The notes: generated from the letters alone by a model not told the origin. A stretch of DNA of 64,000 nt from Vitrella brassicaformis CCMP3155 (GCA_001179505.1 CDMY01000241.1:1-64000); one strand, 5' to 3'; numbered from the stretch's first letter, positions 39,926-53,648 are shown. Translations and numbers: made by a program.

Positions 39926-42900
39926 CTACACATGCACCGCTCTGCACTCCCCATCCATCCCCATCTCCATCGCCATCGCCAATCCCTGCCCTCTCTCCCG
40001 CTCCGCCCGCTCCCGGTCCTCCTCTTGGTTGACCATCCGGATGAGCGCCACAATCGCGCTCGCAGCCGCAGCGGCATCCACCACTATGTCCAGCGGGGCG
40101 CACACCACCCCCTGCCCGTCCTCCCCGGCCCACTCCGACGCGAACCGAGGGCCCAGCTCCTCGAGGGTGCGCTGCACATCGCACTGGGTGGGGACGTCAC
40201 GCTCGCGGTCGGTGTCCATGGGACCGTCGCCCACCTCGGACGCCTCGGCGGTGTCTGGCAGGGGCTGTTGGTGGTGGTCGCTGCCGGCGCTGCTGCTGCT
40301 GGCGTCTGTGTCTCCGGCGATGTCAGAGGGCATCTTGTTGTCCCTCATGTCTTGCAGGATGCATTTGAGCTGAGGGGGGGAGGAGGTGACCGACGAGAGG
40401 CAGTCGGACGACGAGCAGGTCAGCGGGGGGCTGCCTTTCAGGGAGGCGGATGACCCGAACGTCGTGCTCATCGATGCCATGCACTTGGGCTTCCGCCACG
40501 CGCCGCCAGCCTGCACACAGCACACCACAGGTGACACATCGTCTTGATGGGATGGATGTCTTTGCCTTCGCGCTTTTTCTGGCGCACCTGACAGGTTCTG
40601 CTGGCGATAGATGGGTCAGGAGACATGGTCGCCGTTGTCCCAGGGGAGTCGTTCTTGGCCACCACGCCCCCCATCCGCCCCTTCTCCACATCCAGCGGGC
40701 CCCACTCAGCACCATCGGCATTGCTATCCCCCTTCAGCCGCCCCTCACTGCGTGTGCTGCGGCCAGTGAGCTCCTGGCAGCTGGCCGCAGGGTCAGGAAT
40801 CCCCGACGGGCAATGGTCGTCCACGTCACTCCCACTGGCATCGCTTTTGTTGCTGCCGCCCCCGCCCTCCCCCTCTCCCTCTCCCTCGTCATACGTGTCA
40901 ATGGCCAGCTCTGGCAGCACCAGTGCGTGCAGCCGCGGGCGTGTGGGCAGGTAGGAGGGAGGGGTGGGGGGCGCTGAGGAAGAGATGTCGGCTGCAGGGA
41001 TGGTGGATGTGCTGGGCGAGAGGGGCACCACACACACTGGCCGCGGCCCTCCTGTTCCATGATCGTGGTCATCGTGGTGATGGTGGATGAGGCTCACGCC
41101 GGACGACCCCTCGTCACTCCCGCGTTCGTTCACACCTTCCGTGGCCTTGGAAGAGTCGTCGCTCGCCGGCTTGTCCTCCTCCTCCCGCTGCTTCTTCTTG
41201 TTGTCCTTCTGCAGCAGCAGCAGCTGCGACAGCACCGTGTGGGCCTGTGCCGCCGTCCATCGGTCGTCTCGCTTGAGCTGCTGCAGCCCCACCATCACCG
41301 GCACCACACCGGTGAGCGGCGCGGGCAGCCGCAGGTTGTGCGACGGGGGGACGGCTGGCGGCGCTGATGCTGGGCCGAGAGGGGGTGTGGCGGGGGGTGT
41401 GGATGGGAGGGTGAAGAGAAGCTGAGTGATGCGGAAGATGACCTCTCCGAGCGCCCATGCGTCGTCTGCTTTGGACGCAAAGTAGGGCGGCCGGTTCACG
41501 GGGGTGCCCGACATGGTGTGCAGACGCTGCGCCACATCCTGCTCGGGCGAAATGTAACCTGTCCCAACAAAATGGACAGCGCACAGACAAACATTATGTC
41601 ACATGAGACGCAGTGGTGCACTGACCGATCTGACTGACCTGCCGTGGCGTTGCCTTCGAACGGTTGGCCCTCCTCGACAAGGCCGTCGAAGTCCGTCAGC
41701 TCAACGTGGTAAGTCCAGCCCGTCTCGCCCGAGGGGGTGGTGGTGGAGGCAGAGGGGGACGGCGGCGGGCCAGTCACGTCGAACAGGAAGTTCTCCAGCT
41801 TCAGGTCCGTGTGCACCAGGCCACGACCCCCTGCAAACCACAAAGAGTCATCTCGTGTTTGTGGCATCGGTCCCCTCTCTCAGCTTACGTGTGGTGGCTG
41901 TCTTGCCCTTGCTGTCCCTTCTCCCAACACCGCAAGGCACTTTGCCGTCGTGCTGGCGCGGCACCGGCCGATTGGCGTCGTGAAGGGCCCTGACGGACCG
42001 GCAGATCTGCTCGAGCAGGTGAATGGCCTTGGACGGGTTCTGCTGCAGATCCCGTCGGAAGGCCCGGCAGTGGGGTGAGAACAGCAAGTGGCGGAGGTCG
42101 CCATGACGCCGACGGTATATCGCAAGACCTACAACAAGAAAAGGTGAGAAGGTAGGATGAGCGGCCTCATGTGTCTTGTCTGCCTGGAGCTGACCTTTCA
42201 TCTCGCAAGCCAGCCAGGCCTCCGGCCTCGCCATGCCCGGCAGCCCCTCGAGCGGCCCGTGTGGCGCCACCATGGCCATGGCACGGGCAAACAGCCGCTC
42301 CAGCCCATACTTGGACGACTGCACCAGGTACTGCGGCGCATCGTGTCGGTCATGGTGCACCGTCACGCCGTTGCTCTTGATGGCCACGAGCTCCACAAAC
42401 ACGCGGCCGATCTTGCAGTAGCCCTCGACACTGGCCAGGGGCGGCGGGGGCGGCACCGGGACCGACATGTGCGTGGGCGACACGGGCGAAGAGAATGATG
42501 TCGGCGTGCGGTCGAGCAGCTGGCACCCTCCCGGCTGCTCGTCCTCGTCTGTGTCGACCTCGATGCCCTTCCCACCGCATATACGCTTGGCCACCCATCT
42601 GAGCCTGCTGCTGGTCTTGCTGCGCGGCGTCACGACGCTCATCTGCTGCAGCAGCGCGTCCCCATTGCACGACGGCGGGCGGCTGGGGGGCGACAACGGC
42701 GGCACAGAGCCAGGGGGGGCCGACGCGATGGTGTACTTGGTGTCCGAGCGGATGATCTCGAATGGCGAGGGGCACGACGGCCGCCGCTTGTCCATCTGGG
42801 CAGAGGGGGCGAGGGTGAGCAGATGCAGGTGGCGGGAGGCATCGCGGAACAGCAGATAATCCTGCGCGCTGTGGGTCTCGAAACCTGCACACGATGACAA

Positions 42901-43314
42901 CACAACCACCTCAGAAGGTCATCTATCTGTGCAGGTCAGGTGGTGCGGCTGGCTGCATGGCCGTTTTGTTTTACACACCGGGTAGAAAGGCGAAGTATTT
43001 GAGTTTCTTGGACACGGCGAGTGGCACGACGGTGGGATGGGCACGGGAACGCAGAAACTGCAGCGAACGCCGCACTGTCCTCAACAAATCAGACCGACGC
43101 ACACACCTGACACAACGCACACAAACACACACACACCGACACGAGCCCATCTGCCGGTCCCCGCCGTCCGCCCTCCTCCTTTGTGTGTGTACCTGTCGCC
43201 TTGTGTCGTTTCGTACTCACAAATGGTATTGACGAGCCTCTCTGCCGCCGACTCGTCGTCGAACTTTTCTGACGACTTGAGGGCGGCGGGCCTCCTCTCT
43301 GTCCACCGCAGCAT
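39926..43314 (-). CDS. Divergent Ser/Thr protein kinase with long low-complexity extensions
   Basis: VAIK (42376-42387), hinge YRRRHGDL, GLVHTDLKLENFLF (about 41790-41820), VELTDFDG (about 41682-41705), GNAT|GYISPE and KADDAWALGEVI are present. No GxGxxG precedes the VAIK strand. Confidence 0.8.
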
Positions 43315-43560
43315 GGCGCTTACGACGCTCACTCGAAACTCATTTCATCACCAGATCATCTAAAAAATGCCACATCTTCCACACGCCTTACACTGTACGG
43401 CGCGCCGAAACCCTTTAACCCAAAAGCCTTCACTCAGGCGAGGAGCAACAAAGAGCACGCCACAGCCGCATCTACGATCGCAACCGCGAATCTGCCTTCC
43501 CTCGTCGTATCTGAGGCTCATCCAACGTGTCCGTCCCTCTGTCATCGCATCCCGCTCAAG

Positions 43561-43982
43561 ATGTCTTTGCTGTTGAGGCTGTGCGCGGCCCTGTGCCTCT
43601 TGCTGAGCCTTGCCTCAGCCTTCACGGCCGTCAGATACGTCCGCGTCGGCCCCTCCTCCCCCCTCACCCGCACCAACGCTCTCTCCTTTGAAGGCAGGAG
43701 CGCCGTCGACACCGTCAAACAGGTGAGGTGGGGAGGGGAGGTAGTGGGCTGGGCACCGCAGCACAGATAGATGAAGGCGCACCAGAGACAGCCAGATCTG
43801 TACGTTGGCTCGTCTGTCTGTCGGTTGCGGGTGGCGCTTGGTGTGTGCAGGTGCTGAAGGAGTCTCGGCAGATGATCCCTGCTAAGCGGTTGGCGCCTGT
43901 TGGTGAGGTGGACGTGGAAGCGGCCAAGGAGGCCAGGACCAAGGCGTTGCTCGCGGCGTATCTCAAGATCAAGACCAAGTGA
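43561..43982 (+). CDS. Small nucleus-encoded, probably plastid-targeted protein (bipartite leader)
   Basis: MSLLLRLCAALCLLLSLASA-FTAVRYVRVGPSSPLTRTNALSFEGRSAVDTVKQ|VLKESRQMIPAKRLAPVGEVDVEAAKEARTKALLAAYLKIKTK*. Signal peptide ends in ASAF, followed by a basic, Ser/Thr-rich transit-like stretch. Confidence 0.7.
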
Positions 43983-44902
43983 CTGACGATGTATGACGCG
44001 TGGCTGGTGTGGCTGTCTGGCTGGCTGTGGATGGAGGGAGAGAGACAGGAGACGGAGAGAGATGGGCATTTTGACGCATCTCTTACCTTATGCGGTCTGT
44101 GAAATGAAGCTTGCTGACTTACTGACTGACTCGCTCTGTGTCTGATTGACTCGATGGGCGGGGTGTGGTTGGGGGTGGATTGCCGTCATTTGTGAGATCT
44201 GGCGGGTCCTGTCTGGTTTTCCTTGGTCTGGTCTGCTCTGCCCTTTGGTCTGGTGTGTCCTCTGGTGTGCGTGGACCACACGCTGCTGCGGAGATCTGTA
44301 CACAGATTTGCCCAGCAGCGTGAGGGCGGCATTCGTCAGAGGCGCAAAAGACGAAAGGCGAGCGGATGGCCGTGGGTGGTATGTTCATAGCGTCCGTGAG
44401 TGGAGTGTTCGTCCCGTGTTCTTGTCGAGTCGAGGCACATGTGCCGCTGCTGGGTGAGATGGATGCAGGTGTGATCCACGCACACCGCCTCTATCTCTCC
44501 CGCACTGCACGCACGCCTGAGATTCGGGGGATGCGGACGACAACAGCGAGGCCAGGCCTGTATGACTGACTCTGCTGCTCACACTCACCACGTACTCGCC
44601 TACGACACCAAGTGTACGTCTTCTTAGAACGGTTTTGTCCACTTATGCGATGCTCATTGGGCGGACACATTGCAGACGCCTCACTCTAGTGCATGTGATC
44701 TCAATGAATGACCACCCCCGATAGCCCCTGCGCATACACATGGAGGACATGCAGACGCCTCATCGCGAAACTGGGAAAAGGCGCGATCTACTGGCCGTTA
44801 GAACCTCTGCGAGCTTAGCTGTAAGGAGATCCCCAAAGGCGCAGCAAACGAAAAAAAGCGTCCCCCCCGCACGGCGGTGTCCCATACAATCGTTTGCTGT
44901 CG

Positions 44903-47900
44903 ATGCGTGCGCTGAAAGAGCGAGGCGGCACGCTGCGGGACAACCTGCGGCAGAGATGGGCTGAGAGAAAGCAGGCCTGCTCGGGCGCGGCCTGTCTGCC
45001 CATGCGGCCCGCGATGCTGGACGATGGCGACTCCTGGATGGGGTCTGACGTGTTGGAAGAGGCCAAGGGATGCGATCGCCTCGACGCGCTGCTCGCCAGG
45101 CCGATTGCAGAGGTGAGGCGATAGATGGGCGGCACAGAGGGTCTAAGACACACACACAAGGCGGCTGGGGCCGGGGGAGTGAGGCAGACAGGCAGAGAGG
45201 CAGGGGTGCATTCTAACGGCTGTGTGTGACTCGATGTGACAATCACGTGTGTGCGCGCGTCTGTGTGTCAGGTCATCGATGATTCCAATCCGTCCCTCCT
45301 CATGCTGGAAGAGACCGCCACCTTCCAGGACCTCACACGCGCCCTCATCCCCCTCCCACCACCGCCCCCTCCCAATCCACCCGGTGGACCCACACACAAC
45401 CACAACCACCCCTCCGACGTCACACCAAAGGGAAGGAGCCTTTCCCTGCCAGGCATGAACCTCAAGGCGCCGAGGCAGCTGGCCCACCTGCTGACCAAGA
45501 ATGTGACCAAGAAGCTGGTCAAGGGCTGGAGGTACCTCAAGAAGGGGCCTGCAGCGGGCGCTAGGATGGAGGCGATGGGCAGGGGGGGCTGTGGCGACGG
45601 AGGCAGTGGTGGTATGGCAGAGGGCGCGGTGATTGTCCATCGGCGGCGGAAGTGGTGTGGGCTGATGCGCGCGCCGCCCCACTACTCGTATGTCGAGCTG
45701 CAGGTGCGCGGATCTTAAGGAGAGGCAAACGGTGTACGGGGCTCATGGTGTGTGTGTGTGTGTGTGTGTTGTGGCAGGACATCATACGTTCCGTCAATCA
45801 GATCGCCCGAGTGCAGCAGGAGCTGCCGGATGGGGTGAGTGAGCAACAGAGTGGGAAGGGGGAAGACACATCAGGCAGGCAGGCAGGCGGCCGTGGCAAC
45901 GATCTGATCTCTCTTGCCGTCTTGCTCGCTCATGTCAGTCGATGGACATGGTGCTTCGAGCTGCCGAGCAGCAGCCGCTGTCCACTCTCACTGGTGAGTG
46001 AGTCCTGCGACGCGATGACACGTTCGTTGTGTGCCTGTCCTGTGTTGATGTGTGCCTGTGTTGATGTGTGTGAACGTGATGTGGTGTGATGCAGATGTGA
46101 TGGACATGACGGGGCTGAGCACCGTTGGCCGCCACCAGGTCACCGACACGCTCGGGCAGATCCTCCAGGCCTTCCAAAACAGCCCAAACACCTCACTGTA
46201 AGCCACCTGACAGACGCAGACAGAGGAACCGCCAGACGGATCCCTCCCTCTCTGTCTGTCTGTCTGTCTGTCTGTCAGGGTGTTGCTGCTGTTCGACGGT
46301 CGGCGTCTGGTGCGTGTGTTGCGGCCCCACGACCTGCTCATGTACCTCCAGGTCGACAGCACGCACACACAACACACGAGGGAAGACGTATCGTTTGTCC
46401 TTCTGTCTGTCTGTCTGTCTGTCTGCTTCAGCGCCTCGATGTCCTGCAAGGTGTGGGCGAGAACAAGGTGAGGCTGGCCACTCACTGACAGGAAGAGATG
46501 GATAGCCTAGACGCCCGTGAAATCTGTGTGTCGTTGGTCAGATGTTGCCCGTCAACCTGCCCCACCGTCCAGTAGTTTCGCTCGTCGAGACGGCGACACT
46601 CTTCCAGGCATGGCAGGCACACACATCCCAGTCACTTTGCATAATGCGAAGTCGGACATTCCGTCCTTTTTCCCCGTGTGTGGGTGTGCAGGGCATGTGT
46701 GTGTTGGAGCGTGAGCGTCTGCCTGCGGTGCCGATCGTCAGCCTCGAGAGCCCCACAGACATCATCGACATACTCGCTGCCAACGACTTCAGAGTACGGA
46801 GCCCACACAGCACAGCACCACGCTCTCTGCCCCATGCTCACATCCATCCCTGTGCCCGTGTGTTTGTGTCTTGTGTGTGTCTTGCCTTGCAGTATCTGTT
46901 TCTGGCCCGCGACGCCTACCCCGACACCGACATCATGCAGTCGCCCGCACTCCACTTCGTGCGCTTCGTCAGAACTCAAAAGAACAACGGCACTGAGGTG
47001 CGCTGCTCCTCTCTGGCAACACCCACACCCACACCCACACACACGCCAGACACGCAATCTCTCCTGCCTCCTTGTGTGTGGGTGTCTTCTGCAGATCCCT
47101 CACGCGCGCCATATGCCCCGGCCGCCCGAGACCAACCCCGCGCCGTTCTTCGCGGCTCTGCTGGAGGACCCCCCACAGGAGAACGCCTGTCTGCTCATCA
47201 CCGACGGGGAGGGCGACGTGACGGCCACCCTGACCGTGTTCGACATCCTGCAGTCGCTGGCGTCGCTGCTGCATGAGATCCATCACTACGGCGGCGAGTG
47301 CATCGACGGCTCCGTCATGGGTGAGGAGCTCCTCGCGAGCGCCACGGTCGTGGTCGACCGGGAGAAGGTGCGCGAGCAGGGCCACCAGCAGCAGCAGCAG
47401 CATCAGGATCATCAGCCACATGTGGGTGGTGGAGAGGGCGGGGTGGGCGGGATACTCGGGATGCCTTTGGTGGGCGATGACGACGACAAGTCCGCACGCT
47501 CGTCGCTCTCCAACTTCTCCACTGGTGAGATACGCACTCCTCTGTGCGCTCAGCAGTGGGACACGGTGAATGGCTGGCTGGTCCTTGTGCTGTGTGTCCA
47601 GGTTTGTCTGACATGAGCGCCCTGTGGCAGCGCGCCCTCAAGAAGCGCCTCCGCGCCCCCAAGACCGAGTCTGGCGGGTCCGTGCATAACAGCCTGGCCG
47701 GTGGTGCCCCCTCCCGCATCCCATCGCCCTCCCCCGCACAGTCACCCACCACCCACCACGCCAATGCCAGCCCCCTCCCGCCACTACCGCCACTCGCCAA
47801 TAAGAAGCCGAAAGAGGACAAGGCACCAGTGGCACAGCAGCAGGAGGCAGTCGTCACCAGTGAGCAGCAGCCGCAACACCAACAGCAGCAGGTGGTCCCC

Positions 47901-50156
47901 CAGCAGCCGATGGAGCAGCAACAAGAAGAGCAGCAGCAGCAGCAGCAGGAGGAGGACCAGCAGCAGCAGGAGGCCCCCGCCGGCGGCGTCGATGACGACG
48001 ACACCACTGCCACAGGGACGCCATCTGACGGCAATGCTGTCGACCCATCAAGTGTGCAGAAGGACGAGTTTTACCCCGGCGACGGCCGCGTGCTGCTCGA
48101 GGCCTGTCTGGAGCTCCGTATGCGCGTCGAGGAGAACGCCCGCAAGCTGCAGGAGAAGATGGAGGCCGACAGGCAGAAGAAGCTCGAGGCCCGTGGCGCG
48201 CGCAAGGCGGCGCGCAAGGCCACCCCCATCGAGTGCGGCGCCGTCTACCCGTCGGAGGGCGACCGTTCCAACCCCACCACGCAGACCAAGTTCTCCACAG
48301 GCCTCAGCAACATGTCGGCTCTGTGGAACAACGCCGTCAAGAAAAAGAGCCTTCGCGGAAAGACCATCGCCGAGGAGCAGGAAGATGCCGCCTCTCTGGG
48401 TCTCGCCGAGGTGCAGATGCTGGCCAACGATGCGGCAGCGGTGGGCATCAAGTGTGCGGGCGACAACGCCAATGCAGCCCTGCTGCAGCCGCTGTGTCTG
48501 GAGCTGCTCAACAACCGGCCGGCGTCGCTGCCCCCCGTGGCCCTGTCGGTGATGAGCCCATTCGACGAGACCGGCAAGAACTCCCAGTCCATCAAGAAGG
48601 GGGGCGGTCGGGGCTTCACCATCGGCACCACACCGGGCAATCGCACGCCGTCGTTCGTCGACCAGGTGGCGGAGTCGCTGGCGTCACTCGAGTACTCGGC
48701 CAGCACGGCCTCGGAGCAGCAGAAGCCCCACCGCATCCGTGACGCCAAGACGGACCCCGACTCGTCCAGCCTCTCGACGACGATGTCGCACATGCGCACC
48801 GCCACCCTGCCCCCGCCCATGACCAGCACCTACTCCAGCACGCCCCTCCCCTCCCTCCCCCCGTCGCTCCCCGCCATCTCACAGAAGCAGACGTCACGAC
48901 GGGCCAGGCTGAAGCGAGGCGGCGTCAAGGAGTACAACGGGCCTCTCTCGCTCAACTTTTTCTACAAGGGCGTGTTCCGTCTGCTGCTCGGCCAGCAGCC
49001 GGGCGAGCGCTCCAAGACAGCCCTCACGGCCGCGTCGACCAGCCAGGAGAGCATCAAGGACGGACCGACACCGGCACCGAACTCTCACAAGGAGCTCCCG
49101 CCGCTTCCGCAGCTGCCCATCCCCCTGACACACCGCACCATGGCGGATGGCGGGGAGAGGGGTGGCATCCCGCTGCACTCGTCCGGGTGCCTCTCTGACC
49201 GCGGCGTCAAGACCCCCCACTGCACCAACACCCAGGAGCAGGAGGAGCAGCATCATGCCGAGGACAACGAGAGCTCGAGCGAGGGGGAGTGTGATGGCGA
49301 GGACGACACGGACACCGGGCCCCTGATGCTGCCCCTCAACGTCGACCACACCGCCCTGCCCATCAGCTTCCCCCCGCCCCTCTCCCCGGCTGTGCGATCT
49401 TCATGGAGCTCGGCCCCGACGGACATCAGCGACGAGCCCAAGATGCGGCGGAACCGGTCGATGCGGAAGTGGCTGCGCAAACAGAGGGGCGAGCCCGATG
49501 ACGACGATGACGCCATGAGCGACGACTCGGACGCCAGCACGCCCTCGTCTTTGCACTCGGCGGTGCTTCTGGAGGTGGCCAAGGACCCCCACCTGCTGCT
49601 GCAGTGGTGCATGGAGCAGCAGATCTACCCCTCATGGTTCCCCAGGCGCCAGCACGGCCACCACGGCACGCGCAACGCGACCAAGCGGCAGGACAAGAGA
49701 TTCGTGCCCGAGATGACGGCCGGTGAGGGGCCGCAGGTGTCTGCCGACGGGCCGCAGATCCCCACGCGCATCGACCTCAGCGAGGACAGCATCTACAGCG
49801 GTGGGGCGAGCGCCGACATCATCGACAACGAGTCCATCTTCCTCCCCAGCAACCGCAACTGCCACGTGCCGCCGCAGCAGCAGCTGCCCATTGCGCCGGC
49901 AGGCCAGTTCGGGGACGCCATGAGCGATGTGGAGGGCAGTGCCGTCGAGAGCGGCTCGCTGCACTCGCATGAGGGGCCGGTTGCATCACGGTACTACCTG
50001 GACGTGGCTGAGCAGAAGGGTGCGGGGATGGGAGGGCTGGGGATGGGCATGATGATGCCCCTGTTTGAGCCCTCCTCGCCGCCCTACTCGATGCACCGCG
50101 TTGACCGGGACCATTCGCCGCGGCTGGTGGGGGTGCTGGATGGCTATGTGCTGTGA
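44903..50156 (+). CDS. CBS-repeat-containing protein (AMPK-gamma/SNF4-like repeats) with a long disordered C-terminal tail
   Basis: CBS-like segments VLLLFDGRRLVRVLRPHDLLMYL, VVSLVETATLFQAWQ..LERERLPAVPIVSLESPTDIIDILAANDFR and CLLITDGEGDVTATLTVFDILQSL. An 850-aa terminal exon (47602-50156) is low-complexity and ends GYVL*. Confidence 0.6.
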
Positions 50157-50159
50157 GCC

Positions 50160-52587
50160 GCATGGTGTGGTTCGGTGGGCTCGGTGTTTGGTGGGTGGGG
50201 TGGGTCGGCTGGTTGTGGTGTGGTGTGGTGTGTGACCGGCTGTGGTGGGTGTTGTGGTGCGTATGTTCAGAAGAGAAACTCTTTACGACTGACTGACTGA
50301 CTGACTCAGTGTCTGTCCATTCTTCACCTCGTGGCATAACTTTTTACGTACACACATCACATGCATTGCATTCGTGTACGTGTGTATGTGTAGGCCTATA
50401 TGTCGTCGTTCTATGGCTGGATGGATGGATGGATAAATGGTGTTTGTTTCTTACATCTGTTTGTCTCTGTGTGTCTGTCGGTTTCCCTGGCCATCCATCA
50501 TCAGGCTCCCGTGCCGTGCCTTCTGGTTTTTGGCACACACACGTACGAGGTGATGATGGTTAATTTTACAACTAACTACCACAAGGAGGAGGGAGGCCGG
50601 CCAGCCTGGCCACCCACTTACGTCCTACTCGCTGTTTTTGCGTCCGTACGGTATTTGCTTTATCTCAAGATGTATATGCATGCACTGCATCCACATGTGT
50701 GTGTCTGTCTGGTTGTGTGTGGTTGTGGGTGGTGTGGTCGACTCACTGGCTCCCCCAATCAACGACTGTCTGGTCGTCAAGACACACATGCATACCATGC
50801 ATACTTCCTTACACGGTGGCCGGGGGGGCGGCGGGGGGAAAGTACCTTTTGTAAAATGCGGATTGGATGGATGGATGGATGGCTGGTCGGCGGCAGCAGC
50901 AAGTTTAGTAGCCTGCATGCGTGTTGTACGTCTGTCCACTACCTGAGCTGCGTGGCTGTCCGGCCAGCCAGCCGTCATGATGCTGCTCTGTTGCTGTGGT
51001 GCTCTGGTGCCCTCCTTCTCTTCTCTCTCCTTCCTTCCCTTCAGGTAGTAGTTACACGTAGGCAGACAAACAGGCAGGCAGGCAGGTAATTCGCGCATCC
51101 ATCCATCCATCCATCCATCCATCGATCCAATGCCTAAGGACCATGGTGGGTGGGACGACTGACCGAATGGAATGATCCAATGCTTCGTATCTATTACATA
51201 CATATATCATACTATCCATAGCACTCAATACATACACTCAAGTCATCGTCTTTTTCTAAGATTTATTCATTCCTTTGTGGCACGTGTTGAAGGGCTTGTT
51301 TTATTCGTGAGTATATGCTGGCTGCCATTGGTTTGGTTCCTTTTGTACGTATGCGATGCGTGCTGAGGGTGTTGGGGCATCGTGTGCCCGGCTGCTGGGG
51401 TTGGTTTTCTTTGATGCGGTGCGGTCTGTCGCGGTCTGTCTGCCTCGGTGGGGGGAGTGCCTCGGTGGGGGGAGATGAGCATGATTAAGTCGGTGTGAGT
51501 GTATGCAATGCATTCGTGATGCATGCATGTGTGCACGATGCGACCATCGCTCTCTCTCTCTCCCTCGTACATTTAGCTGTTCATGACGTGTGTGTGACGA
51601 CCGACCGGCATGACAGGTTTTGCTGACTTGCTGACTGAGTGGATGGATGGATGGTCGTCTCTGCCTCCCTGTCTGCCTCGTGTGTGTTGGGTATGTGTTG
51701 TGTGTCTTGTGTGTCGTGTGTGGGCAACCAGTGAATGCGATTTATCAGTCAGTTGCTGCTGCTGCTGTGCTGGCAGGGAGGGGGCCCTTTAAAGCACCCG
51801 TACACGCCACAAAGACATCATGGTGGCCATGAAGGGCCTCCTCTGTGCCTGCATGACACAATACACACGTGCAATTGACAGAGGGCGACACAGACAGACA
51901 TCCACACCACACACACACACACATGGGGGCTGGATGGATGGATGGATGGCGCTGACGTGAGGCTCCCAATGCGAACAAAGCACCGGCCGGCGCGCGTGAG
52001 TGAATTGAGGGCCATGCGTGTCATAGCTACATACACGTGTGCGTGCATCGTCGTAACTCCACAGGCATTTTTGATATGATGTGTGTATGTGTATACACAC
52101 ACCCGTATACTCATTTCTAAGGGACGAGACGAGACACGGGGGGCGTTGAATAAAGGCATGGATGCATGTAGGCAGCCAGGCAGACAGGATGGAGAAACGA
52201 AAACACCTCTGCTGCTGCTGCTGCTGCTATGCTGCGCTGTGCTGTTGTGCTGTGCACACACCCCCGCCCGCCCACTATACATATACATATTCACCGGCTC
52301 TCATACACACACACGGGGGGATTGGGGGTGGCTGATAGGGGGTGGGGTGTCTTATAAGGATGGATGGCTGGCTGCATGGATGTACTCTGTGAATGTGCGG
52401 ACGTACATGACTGTGCCGTGTGCTGTGTCTTGCCCGCCCTCTGTCTGGTGTTTGCTGTCTGTCGGGTGTCTGTCTGGTGTGGTGTGTGCTATGCTATGCC
52501 ATGGTGTGTAAGTGTGTGTATTGGCTGCCGTACACGTGAGTTGCATAGAGGGAGATGAAGTGTCATGACTGCCTGCCTGCCTGTCTG

Positions 52588-52620
<33 letters not shown>

Positions 52621-52900
52621 AGAAACGACCGACAAACACGACACCAGGCCGAGCTATCGGGCCAATCGGTGGATGGATGGATGGATGGATGGGCGGACTG
52701 CACGAAGTATCATTTGATTGCTCCTACGGGCGCGTGCATGTGTGTGGGCGAGGGTGTCGGGTGGGATGGGGGGATGGCTTGGATGGGGTAGGTAGGCAAA
52801 CGTACAGCGCTTTCGGGCGCAACTATTTGGACGTACGTACGCTTGCCTGTTTGTTCGTAGTCAGTCGTGACAGATATGATATCATCAGCTAAGAGCATCA
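50160..52900. repeat. Microsatellite-rich intergenic region
   Basis: Dense (GGAT)n, (CCAT)n, (CAGA)n, (CA)n, (GCT)n and (TG)n tracts. No convincing exon was found. Confidence 0.6.
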
Positions 52901-52924
52901 GCATTACTACCACCATGCCGTCAC

Positions 52925-53648
52925 TCACAGCATGAGCAGCAGCTTGTGGACGGAGCAGAAGTCGCTCCACCCTCGCGCCACACGCAGGCGCAGATACCGC
53001 CACGACCCACCGGCCTGACACAACCATCCACACATCCACACACCATCACGGCCTCCGTGCATCTCTGTTGCATGTGCATGTGTTGTGTACCAGGGCGATG
53101 GTCTCGGTCTGAAGCCCTCCGCTGCGGTTTGGCAACTCTGATCACACATACACACACACACACGAAAGCAGCATGACATTCTCGAGGCGTGCTCGTGCTG
53201 TATTGTGTGCACACCCACCGACGTCCTGTAGCCTCTCGAAGTTGATAGGCGCCGGCCCAGTGGACGCCTCTACCTGCAGCACCCGAACTGGCCAACCATG
53301 CATCCGGCCATCAAATGCAAGAAAAGCCGTGTGGATGGATGCCGCACCGCACACATGACTGATCATCGTCTTACTTCCTGTGGACGATATCTGGATGCCC
53401 CGCGGCGGTTTGGCGCCGCCCTGGCCCTGCGGCAGCTCCAGGAGGATCTCCTGTGGGTACATGCCGGTCGATATCCAGAACGTCCGCTCATTGCCGTCGG
53501 TCATCATCTGCGGCAGATGGCGGTCGTCCATCGACGAGACCTGAACACAGAGATCAGAGGCAGATGCAAAGAGATCTCATCCATGCCAGTGGCCAGTGCT
53601 TTCATCTCTGCCTCTCCCTCTCACCATCATCACCTTCAAACCAGCCAT
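52925..53648 (-). CDS. IFT25: Intraflagellar transport protein 25 (HSPB11)
   Basis: MAGLKVMM|VSSMDDRHLPQMMTDGNERTFWISTGMYPQEILLEL..|RVLQVEASTGPAPINFERLQD|ELPNRSGGLQTETIA|..RYLRLRVARGWSDFCSVHKL. Matches IFT25 hallmarks (SS.D..HPP..IIDGN..TFW.TTG.FPQE; EP..FE; G.LQ.E; YLRF.I....DHF.SVH). Confidence 0.9.

Noticed and set aside
50300-52900. Many 60-230 aa ORFs in the intergenic region
   Set aside because: Dominated by translated microsatellites (MDGW, CVCV, QTDR) with no coherent exon chain.
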